64,000 bases of DNA, taken from Calditrichales bacterium (GTDB lineage: Bacteria > Calditrichota > Calditrichia > Calditrichales > J004). Under the pieces are notes generated by a model, which saw only the letters and a list, made by a program, of their open reading frames with translations, was not told the DNA's origin and did no database searches. Below are positions 44,535 to 52,277 of the stretch, piece by piece (within the stretch, counting starts at the first letter, position 1; the number at the start of each line of letters is the position of its first letter). Location of the stretch: NCBI GenBank assembly GCA_965267575.1, contig OZ254086.1, forward strand, positions 1,664,141 through 1,728,140, in the 5' to 3' direction. The position numbers and the translations under genes were made by a program.

Positions 44535-47438
44535 TTAAAAGGTGATCTCCGCTGTAAAAAAGATTTGCCGCGGTATATTGCGGAAAGTCTGGAAATAGTT
44601 GTAGATCTCAACGTCTCTTTGGATTCTTTCACCATTTATGTCATAGTCTCTGCTGTTATATGTCACGCCTCGCAGAACCCATCTTTGAAGTTCTTCGCTT
44701 CCACTGATCGGCGTCAGGTGCTGGTTGTCAAAAAGATTGAGAATACGCATGCCCAGCTTCAATTTGTAGTCGCCAAAGCCAATGCTTTTTTGCAGTTTCA
44801 AATCGGTCGATGATTCCAGCGGATAGCGGCGGTTGGATTCCACTTCAAAATTGGTCTGGAACGTTGGTGAATAAAAATAGGGCGCGCCGCTGGCCAAACG
44901 GTAAACGACATTGGCCGTAAAATTTTCCAGCGGATAGAATCCGAATATTTGAGGACCCTCATTATCAAACCAGTTATAGGTAAGCGAGCCGTTAAAACGA
45001 TGGGTCCGGTCTTCAGGTGCTATCAAATCCGTGGCATCATAAATAAAACGATCTTCAAGCAGAGCGCTTGCCTGGGCCACTTCTTTAATATCGCCGTAAT
45101 AGCCAAAGGTTGTCTGGCTCAACGAGTAGCTGAAGCTGTAAAGCAGGTTACGGTCCTGGCGGTTGCGGAACTGAATCTCCACGCCGCGTGAGTTGCCGTA
45201 GCCGTTGTTTCTGTATGAAAGATAGGTCCCGGTTAGGTTGCGGTCGCTGGTGGAGCTTGCGGTGGGCGATTCAATGTAAACAACGGAAATCTGATCCTGC
45301 AGGTCGTTGTAGTAAGTCACGACGTCCAGTTGGTGCGTGTCCCATAGATTTTGTTGTACGCCCACTTCATAATTAACACTCAGCTTTGGCTTCAAATTAG
45401 GGTTACCATAATGATTCCAGCCATTGAAAGTTTGCTGGTCAAGCGCCTGATTAAAGGTGGGCATGGAACGGAAATGACCATACTGAACGCGGAAGGCGGT
45501 TCTTTCCCCAATCGGGAAGGAGATACCAAGCCGCGGGGAGAAGAAGGAGTAAGTTTTGGAATCCTCCCACTCGGGCAAGCCTCGATTGGTGTTGCCATCG
45601 GCCTGATAAAAAATATTGTGTTCATCAACAGGAACATCGGCGCCAAAATTGTAAGCATCAAAGCGCACACCGGCATTGGCAATCATACCCGAAAATTCCA
45701 GCTTGTCCTGAACGTAGGCGGCCGTGTACCAGGATTTTGCCTTGTAGTTACTGGCAAACCCGGTGCGCCAGATATAAGCAGAAACCGTCTGCGATGAAGA
45801 GGCATTATAGTTCTGATCAAGAATCCAGCCTTCAAATCCTGCTTTAAAAAGATTGCCTTTATCCAACTGGCTGCTAAAATGGCTTTTCAATTCGTAAAAA
45901 TCAGAAAGCGAAGCCTGGTTGTAGAGGCTGGACCAGGTAAAGTAAGGACGATAATCAAGTGTGGTTATGCTTTCAAGAACACGGTCTTCTATTTCAGGAT
46001 TTAATTGCCGGTCGCGATCGGTTCCCGGTGTGGGCGTTTGCAAAGCATAAAGCCGTTCACTCTGATGCGTGAACGTTGTTTCCAGAAAAGATCGCGGCGA
46101 GAAAATGAGCTTGTAGTTTACGCTTTGCGCAAAAACGGTTTCTTCGCGCGGCGAGTCGTAGATCAGTGTGTATTTACGCTTGGCGCCGTACGTGCCCCAC
46201 AGGCCGGCCCAGCGTATATCGCGTGAACCTGAGCCGATACCACTGTAAAAATACTGGTACAGGCCGGTAAACTTCAGGTGGTGCTTCTCGTTTGGTTTAT
46301 AGGCCACCACCAGCGAATAGTTTTGCAGACGCTGGATTTTTTCGCGGGTGGGCAGGCGTGTCGGATTGTTTTTAAGTTCGCCGGAAAGGAAAAATGTCAT
46401 GTTGGTGTTGGCGCCGCCCAACGGGCCGCCCAGACTGAACAGGTAGCGCGTGTACGGATCGTTGCGGTAATCGTAAACACCCAAAGGATTGTCCGGCCCC
46501 GGTGTGTGATTGCGTATCCATTTTTCGTAATTAAGCTGCGCCAGGTTGCTATCTACCATACCGGTATTTTGGTCGCGGTAAAGATTGTACCAGGTTTCAT
46601 CCAGTTCGCCGTAGAGCTGCCATTCCGGTTGATCTTTGGAGTAGAGATATTCGCCCCAATGGTATTTACCGGCCGGGCGGTATTCCATCATAAATCCGCC
46701 GGAAAACTGCGGTCCGCCATCTTTTGTGACGACTTTGACCACACCGGCCTGGGCGTTGCCGTATTCGGCGTTAAAGCCCCCTGTGATCAGCTCCATCTGC
46801 TCCACAGCCAGCGGGTTTATGTCATATTTCCAGTCGTTGTCCGACTTCTGGCCTGTCCCGTAAGCCGGCTGCCCGGAGTTGGTGGTAATACTTTTTATAC
46901 CGTTGATTGTGTAGTTGATCTCGTCGGAGCCGCTGCCGCGGATGGAGAGCGTACCATCGGCGTTGCGGTTGATGGCTGCGTTCAGTTCCAGCACGTCGGT
47001 CAAAGCTTCGGCGGCCACGGCACGTATTTCCTGCGCTTCAAAGTGGCGCGAGCTGAATGTTTTGTCTGTTTCCACGATCGGGCGGTCGGCTGTTACCACA
47101 ACGGCTTCGCTCATCTCCACGGCCTCTTCCCTCAGCTGCTGGTCGATGCGCGTGGTGCGGTCGATCTTTACGGATACATCTTCCACAACCACGGTCTGGT
47201 AACCGATGTAGGAAAATTCCAGGGTGTGGCTGCCGGGCGGCACGTTGAGGATAACGTAGTTGCCGTCTATATCGGTAGAGGCGCCAAGCTGCTGATTCTT
47301 AACGACGACGTTAACGCCGATGAGCGCTTCGCCGGTGCCGGCATCACTGACATAACCGGCTATTTTGCCGCTCTGGCCGAAAGCAATCGAAGAAAAAACA
47401 AAGCAAAACAAAATGGAGTAATAATTGAATCGATTCAC
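44535..47438 (-). CDS. TonB-dependent receptor with CarboxypepD_reg-like N-terminal domain (SusC-like architecture)
   Basis: 967 aa with a GTG start. GKIAGYVSDAGTGEALIGVNVVV...TDIDGNYVILNVPPGSHTLEFSYIGYQ is followed by a plug region (...LSIRGSG.DEINYTINGI) and a long barrel ending ...FTAEITF. Confidence 0.85.
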   Translation of the reverse strand: MNRFNYYSILFCFVFSSIAFGQSGKIAGYVSDAGTGEALIGVNVVVKNQQLGASTDIDGNYVILNVPPGSHTLEFSYIGYQTVVVEDVSVKIDRTTRIDQQLREEAVEMSEAVVVTADRPIVETDKTFSSRHFEAQEIRAVAAEALTDVLELNAAINRNADGTLSIRGSGSDEINYTINGIKSITTNSGQPAYGTGQKSDNDWKYDINPLAVEQMELITGGFNAEYGNAQAGVVKVVTKDGGPQFSGGFMMEYRPAGKYHWGEYLYSKDQPEWQLYGELDETWYNLYRDQNTGMVDSNLAQLNYEKWIRNHTPGPDNPLGVYDYRNDPYTRYLFSLGGPLGGANTNMTFFLSGELKNNPTRLPTREKIQRLQNYSLVVAYKPNEKHHLKFTGLYQYFYSGIGSGSRDIRWAGLWGTYGAKRKYTLIYDSPREETVFAQSVNYKLIFSPRSFLETTFTHQSERLYALQTPTPGTDRDRQLNPEIEDRVLESITTLDYRPYFTWSSLYNQASLSDFYELKSHFSSQLDKGNLFKAGFEGWILDQNYNASSSQTVSAYIWRTGFASNYKAKSWYTAAYVQDKLEFSGMIANAGVRFDAYNFGADVPVDEHNIFYQADGNTNRGLPEWEDSKTYSFFSPRLGISFPIGERTAFRVQYGHFRSMPTFNQALDQQTFNGWNHYGNPNLKPKLSVNYEVGVQQNLWDTHQLDVVTYYNDLQDQISVVYIESPTASSTSDRNLTGTYLSYRNNGYGNSRGVEIQFRNRQDRNLLYSFSYSLSQTTFGYYGDIKEVAQASALLEDRFIYDATDLIAPEDRTHRFNGSLTYNWFDNEGPQIFGFYPLENFTANVVYRLASGAPYFYSPTFQTNFEVESNRRYPLESSTDLKLQKSIGFGDYKLKLGMRILNLFDNQHLTPISGSEELQRWVLRGVTYNSRDYDINGERIQRDVEIYNYFQTFRNIPRQIFFTAEITF

Positions 47439-47523
47439 GGTAAACCGGGGGTTGGTTTATAAACTAAACAATCTTAATACCTTTCATCGATTATTGCAAA
47501 AGCATTTTGCTTTTTTCGGCTGC

Positions 47524-48690
47524 TTATCGGCGAAGAAAAGCCGGATTATGAGGCAGGCGGGCTTTAGTTTTGTAAGGGCCATTTAACAGCGTTTTTGCCA
47601 ACAAATTGTTTTTTTTGCGCAGGCCCTCGTAAAAGAAGAAAACCTCTCCGTTAAGCCCAAAGCTTCGATTTAAGCGCACTTTCTCCAGCAGCATATCCTC
47701 CTCAATCACATATTCGCCCACATTCATCAATATGCCGGGATATATAATTTGCAGATCGTCTTCATTCAGGCCGACCGAATCGCTGCGAAAGGCCTGCAAA
47801 GTCTCCTCATAGCCATCCAGCGTGTAGCGATAGCATTGCGGATTAATCACGTCGGCGTACCCGCCGTGGAGCCAATCGGGCCAGACCTGTAAATACTCCT
47901 GGTAGGACCAGGGGTAAATGCTGGGCGACCACGACACCCATACCGGCGACTTGATTGCCTTTACGCCTTCATACAGCCGGCGCCCGAAATCATTCAGCTT
48001 GGCGGCACGCCAGCGCAGCCACTCAGGGTCGTGATGGTCGCGCGGCGGTTCCTCGCCCGTTTCGCTCTCGTAAAGTGCGCGCGTGTACGGGCTATAACCC
48101 CCTTCCGATGGAATTGCCGGCAAACGGTCATCGCCCTGAACCCCGTCCACGTCATAATTGCGCACCACCTCCTGTACAAGACTCAAAAGCAAACTCTGCA
48201 CATCAGGGTGGAAAGCATTCATCCACTCAAAGCCGTTCTTTGTAAGCAGGTTGCCTTCCGCATCCAACGCGGCCCATTCCGGAAAGGCGCGCAAAATGTG
48301 ACCGCCGCCCTTTTCATGGGAGGCGGCAAAACCGTACTCAAACCAGGCGATGACAGCGATGCCACGCTTGTGCGCCTCTTCCACGACTTCGGCTAAAGGG
48401 TCCCTTCCGGCGTAGGCGCTGTCAATGGGCAGATCAAACAGTGAATCCATCACCGCGCTGGGATAGAGCGTGCGCGCGTCGTTCCAGACGACGGGGTAAA
48501 CCACGTTAAAATTATGTTGCGCCAGAAAGTCCATGGCCTCGGCGATGTTTTCACGGCTGTCAAGCACATCGCTGTCCACGTTTGTAAGCCAGACGCCGCG
48601 CCATTCATAAAAATTATCAGGCTGCGGTTCTTCGGCGCTGCAGGAGGAAAGCAGGGATAAAAGCATAAGCAGTATCGCGATTGTTTTCAT
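47524..48690 (-). CDS. GHL10 (DUF187) glycoside-hydrolase-like lipoprotein
   Basis: 388 aa with the lipobox LLSSC. WRGVWLTNVDSDVL...HNFNVVYPVVW...GRDPLAEVVEEAHKRGIAVIAWFEYGF. Its ATG overlaps the upstream stop (ATGA at 48687-48690). Confidence 0.75.
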   Translation of the reverse strand: MKTIAILLMLLSLLSSCSAEEPQPDNFYEWRGVWLTNVDSDVLDSRENIAEAMDFLAQHNFNVVYPVVWNDARTLYPSAVMDSLFDLPIDSAYAGRDPLAEVVEEAHKRGIAVIAWFEYGFAASHEKGGGHILRAFPEWAALDAEGNLLTKNGFEWMNAFHPDVQSLLLSLVQEVVRNYDVDGVQGDDRLPAIPSEGGYSPYTRALYESETGEEPPRDHHDPEWLRWRAAKLNDFGRRLYEGVKAIKSPVWVSWSPSIYPWSYQEYLQVWPDWLHGGYADVINPQCYRYTLDGYEETLQAFRSDSVGLNEDDLQIIYPGILMNVGEYVIEEDMLLEKVRLNRSFGLNGEVFFFYEGLRKKNNLLAKTLLNGPYKTKARLPHNPAFLRR

Positions 48691-50486
48691 GGTAGTTCCG
48701 CTGTAAGGGTTGAAAAGGGCTCAAAAATACTGTCCACAAGAAAAGCGAATTCGGCGCGGGTGATCGGTTTGTGCATTTTGCCGTTAGTGCCCTCCAAAAA
48801 ATGCAGCGGACGTTTGCCGGATTTGTCCGTCTCCTGGCGGGATTTTATCTGGGCGCTCAGCAACAACGTCAGAGCATCAACGCGCGTTACCGGTGTCGAT
48901 TTCGGTTTAAGGTCAAAAGAGGCGATGATATGCTTTTCCGCGAGCTTATCCAGAATGCGCTGCATCTCTTCCAGCGTTAGTTCAGCCTGAGGGTAGAAGT
49001 TGTAATGGTTGGCCCAGTTTTCGGTTTTGGCCTCGCCGCCCATAATGCCGCATACTGCCAGGCGCTGCACGGCGTAGAAAAACCAGTCATTGGCCTTCAG
49101 GTCCGTAAAAGGCATCAGCCAGCAGCCCGCTTCCAGCAGCGATTGCTGTACGGCGCGGACATCCGTTTTAGGCACGGGGAGGTTTTTTTTCGCGCAGAGT
49201 GCCGCTGCGGCTCCTGCTGCCTGCCCGATGCCCATCACCACCGGCTGCAACCTTGTGGCGCCGTTGGCCAGGTGGCTCACCGATATTGCTTTTTCGGCCA
49301 CCAGCAATCCGCCGATTTCCTTAGGCAGCAGAGCGCCAAAAGGCACATAAAAAGCTTTAATATCCGGCAAGTCTTCTTTCTCCTTCAAAGGCCCGCGATC
49401 GTGATGGTGGTCCAGCGGGTAGTTGCCCACGGCGATGGCATGATCCAGCAAGTGTCTCGATTCTGCAGCGTATGGTTCGGCCAGGTCGTTGGCTGTCAGG
49501 GTTGCCCGTCCCTGAAGGCGTCGTCCTTCGCGATGGTAGGGGATCATGGCCAGACCGTCCGCGGTGGGAAATTCATCGCCGGCAATGCCCCAGTTTTTAA
49601 AACCAAGCTCATGCTGGATAAAATAGACAAACTGCAGTGTCCGGACTTTGGCTTGCTCAAATGCGTCTTTGCGGGCATGCTCGTCGGCCTCCGCTACATT
49701 CACATAATAATCGTTGCCGCGGATGGGCCAGTTGATCATGGTTTTGTTGTTTGGCAGGCGGCCGTAGCTCAGCATTTTTTCAGCCGCAGGCGGATTGTTT
49801 TTGTCACCGGATGAAGCAAACTCGGCGCAGCAGCCGCGGAACAGCTCCGGGTCGTAACCTGCGGGGCGGGCAATGGTCTTATCCGCGTCTTTGCCGTAAT
49901 CCTTCAGGATGGCCACCCAGGTCAAATCCTGAATGATGTCGTCGGCGGTTTTAGGCGCGCCTTTTTCGTTAAACGTTTCCCGGGCGTCCCGTCCCACGTT
50001 GTAGGCGCAACCGGCTGCAGCCAGCACATCGCCCAGCTCCGTCGCATCAATCGTTATTTTTGCTTCTACATCCAGCTCACCATCGGCTGAAACAAAACGC
50101 GCCCCGCGAACAACACCGTCATTTTTGAGTACGGCATCAAAACGCAGTGGCCAACGGAACTTCAGATTTTTTTCAGCGGCGATTATATCCAGCAAAATCG
50201 TTCGCGCCACCGACGGTTCAAAGCAGGTGTGGCTCACCCAGCCCGTGGCCAGTTTGTCCGCGCCGCCGTAATGCTGTTCAAGGCGCCGGCGCAGCTCGCC
50301 AAAAATACCGGAAGGCAGGTCATGGTTGCCATCGATGCAACTTACGCCGGCAGCGGTCAGCATTCCGCCCGGCCAGTCATGCTCTTCGGTTAAAACGACC
50401 TTTGCTCCCAGCCGCGCCGCCTGGATAGCCGCGCTAACTCCGGAAGCCCCGGCCCCGATTACCAATACATCACAGGATAGATTCAT
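48687..50486 (-). CDS. FAD-dependent oxidoreductase (FAD_oxidored-type, cytoplasmic)
   Basis: 599 aa. The N-terminal Rossmann motif is DVLVIGAGASGVSAAIQAARLGAKVVLTEE..WPGGM. There is no signal peptide and no Shine-Dalgarno. Confidence 0.8.
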   Translation of the reverse strand: MNLSCDVLVIGAGASGVSAAIQAARLGAKVVLTEEHDWPGGMLTAAGVSCIDGNHDLPSGIFGELRRRLEQHYGGADKLATGWVSHTCFEPSVARTILLDIIAAEKNLKFRWPLRFDAVLKNDGVVRGARFVSADGELDVEAKITIDATELGDVLAAAGCAYNVGRDARETFNEKGAPKTADDIIQDLTWVAILKDYGKDADKTIARPAGYDPELFRGCCAEFASSGDKNNPPAAEKMLSYGRLPNNKTMINWPIRGNDYYVNVAEADEHARKDAFEQAKVRTLQFVYFIQHELGFKNWGIAGDEFPTADGLAMIPYHREGRRLQGRATLTANDLAEPYAAESRHLLDHAIAVGNYPLDHHHDRGPLKEKEDLPDIKAFYVPFGALLPKEIGGLLVAEKAISVSHLANGATRLQPVVMGIGQAAGAAAALCAKKNLPVPKTDVRAVQQSLLEAGCWLMPFTDLKANDWFFYAVQRLAVCGIMGGEAKTENWANHYNFYPQAELTLEEMQRILDKLAEKHIIASFDLKPKSTPVTRVDALTLLLSAQIKSRQETDKSGKRPLHFLEGTNGKMHKPITRAEFAFLVDSIFEPFSTLTAELP

Positions 50487-50793
50487 GTGCTAATGTGGTT
50501 TTGTGTTATGGTGTTAATGTGCTCCATCCATCTTGATCATGATCGTGATCATACTCCTGATCTACTTTTGCGATCGGGAGATCCCGGTGTGGCAAAAGGA
50601 CGCCAACCGGGACGACAGTCTGAAAAGCTGATTGTCCTGAAACACCGCGCGCCATGATTTAATAAATAAAAAATAGCCAAGCGCAAAATCATAGTCCATC
50701 CTAAAATCAAATTAATCAAATTCCAGACTTTTTTGTGCAATAAAGTTGTGCCTTGTTTATTTTGTTCACTAATCAAACTTACCTCCTAAAAAT
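50487..50793 (-). promoter_or_regulatory. conserved upstream element, copy B (most complete: distal block + hairpin + GATC cluster + octamers)
   Basis: Alignable with copy A (12137-12282) and, as an inverted copy, with C (54454-54641). GATC sites at 50535, 50541, 50547, 50559, 50572 and 50580. It sits in a divergent intergenic region, so it also contains the upstream region of the gene starting at 50794. Confidence 0.8.
50581..50618 (-). repeat. REP-like bulged hairpin repeat, copy 3
   Basis: Plus strand reads ATCCCGGTGTGGC-aaaaggac-GCCAACCGGGACGACAG. Confidence 0.8.
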
Positions 50794-52257
50794 ATGCAAA
50801 ACCTGCAACTGATCTTATTCCTGCTGATTTTCCTGGTGATGGCCGGCAGCATGTTTCTGCGCAAAATACCGGCTTTGCTGGCCCTGCCGCTAATGGCTTT
50901 CCTGATCCCGCTTGCCGGCGGTGTCGATCTGGACAGTACCATCCAGCTTGTTATCGGGGAAGGCGCGCTTAAACTGCACAACGCCTATACTGTAGCCATT
51001 TTCGGAAGCATGCTCAGCATTTTGCTGCAAAAAACCGGCGTGGCCGAAAGCTTTATCAAAAAAGGCGCGGAGCTGGCCGGCGACAATCCCTGGACCATCG
51101 GCGTGTTGATGATGATTTTGATTACCCTGCTGTTTACCACGCTGGGCGGTCTGGGCGCCATCATTATGGTGGCCACCATCGTCCTGCCGATTATGTCATC
51201 CATTGGTATCGGGCCTATGACGGTGGTAGGCATTTTCCTGATCGGCCTTAGTATGGGCGGTATCCTTAACGCCGGCAATTGGGCGGTGTACGTCGACGTC
51301 ATGGGACTTACCGTGGAAGAAATCCGCCCGTTTGCGTTGACCATGTTTGCCATAACCTTTGTGGCCGCGCTGCTCTACATCACCATTCAGTTGTACCGTG
51401 ACGGCCACGACCTGCAGTGGAAACGAATAGGCTGGGGTGCCGCCATTTTTTTAGCGCTGATTGTCGTGGCTGCCACCTTATACCTTAACGCCGGTGATGC
51501 CACCCGTGCCCAACTGGCGCGGTTTGGCGATATTCTCTCCAACGGCCTGAGCTGGCTGGTGGGGATCGGCCTGGCCTTGCTGGCGCTGTTGGTGATCATC
51601 CGTTTTGTGCGCTCGCTGCGTTCGCACTCCCGCGAAATTTACTGGGCGGCCTATTTCACACCGCTGGTGCCGCTGCTGTTGATCCTTGTTTTTGCCATGA
51701 ATTTTATTGCCGCCTTTATCTGCGGGTTGATTTACGGATTTATGGCCACGTACCGCAAAGGCAGTCTTAATACCCTGGTGCAATCGGTGCTGGAAGGCGG
51801 CGCCGTGGTTATGCCCGCCGTAGCCCTGATGCTAGGCATCGGCATGCTGTTGAACGCCATTATCGGACCGGGGCCATCCTGGAGCGGTGAGTGGCCCGTG
51901 TTAACATTGTTGCGTCCCTTGCTTTTGGAGATTGTGCCCGAACAAAGCTGGAGTTATGTGTTGCTTTTTGGCCTTGCCGCACCCCTGGCGCTCTACCGCG
52001 GACCGCTTAACGTCTGGGGTATGGGTTATGGACTGGCCGCCGTGTTTCTGGCCAGCGGTATGCAGCCCGGCGCGGTGATGGGCGTGCTGCTGGCAGTGGG
52101 CCAGGTGCAGGGTATCAGCGATCCGACAAACACGCACAACGTCTGGCTGGCCAATGAAATGCAGCAGGACGTGCAAAAAGTATTGTGGAACACCATCCCT
52201 TACACATGGGCGGTGGCGGTGGTGGGCTTGATAGCCGCTGCAATCATATTCTATTAA
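50794..52257 (+). CDS. polytopic permease (ion-transporter-superfamily-like; GntP/CitMHS-like by appearance)
   Basis: 487 aa, hydrophobic almost throughout (at least 12 TM segments). The family was not identified with certainty. Confidence 0.6.
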   Translation: MQNLQLILFLLIFLVMAGSMFLRKIPALLALPLMAFLIPLAGGVDLDSTIQLVIGEGALKLHNAYTVAIFGSMLSILLQKTGVAESFIKKGAELAGDNPWTIGVLMMILITLLFTTLGGLGAIIMVATIVLPIMSSIGIGPMTVVGIFLIGLSMGGILNAGNWAVYVDVMGLTVEEIRPFALTMFAITFVAALLYITIQLYRDGHDLQWKRIGWGAAIFLALIVVAATLYLNAGDATRAQLARFGDILSNGLSWLVGIGLALLALLVIIRFVRSLRSHSREIYWAAYFTPLVPLLLILVFAMNFIAAFICGLIYGFMATYRKGSLNTLVQSVLEGGAVVMPAVALMLGIGMLLNAIIGPGPSWSGEWPVLTLLRPLLLEIVPEQSWSYVLLFGLAAPLALYRGPLNVWGMGYGLAAVFLASGMQPGAVMGVLLAVGQVQGISDPTNTHNVWLANEMQQDVQKVLWNTIPYTWAVAVVGLIAAAIIFY

Positions 52258-52277
52258 TTTGATAAAGATAAAGAATA

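Noticed and set aside
46278-47462. Long antisense ORFs listed in the six-frame track. Examples: 46278-47462 (+, 394 aa), 62359-63588 (+, 409 aa), 38126-39121 (+, 331 aa), 36500-37372 (+, 290 aa), 32259-33128 (-, 289 aa), 49005-49814 (+, 269 aa), 23922-24716 and 24732-25520 (-), 44010-44813 (+).
   Set aside because: Each lies fully antisense to a CDS with clear family motifs (TBDR, CTD proteins, GHL10, porin, FAD oxidoreductase, sigma/anti-sigma, beta-helix protein). Their translations are R/A/G/V-rich low-complexity strings without recognisable motifs, start signals or signal peptides. This is the typical shadow-ORF picture in moderately GC-rich DNA.
50506-50655. ATG-initiated 49-aa ORF on the minus strand inside copy B (MARGVSGQSAFQTVVPVGVLLPHRDLPIAKVDQEYDHDHDQDGWSTLTP).
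   Set aside because: It is the only one of the three element copies with an in-frame ATG. The frame runs through the REP-like hairpin, which in copy A is read in a different frame, and no Shine-Dalgarno precedes it. I keep it only as an alternative within the micro-peptide finding and do not call it as a gene.
50549-50776. 75-aa minus-strand ORF with a TTG start preceded by a perfect AGGAGGT and containing a hydrophobic helix (VWNLINLILGWTMILRLAIFYLL).
   Set aside because: The segment it shares with copy C (54454-54496) carries stop codons in the corresponding frame there, so the conservation is at nucleotide level. The ORF also runs through the REP hairpin and the GATC cluster. The AGGAGG is the reverse complement of sequence just upstream of the permease ATG and may be coincidental. 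It cannot be fully excluded without expression data.
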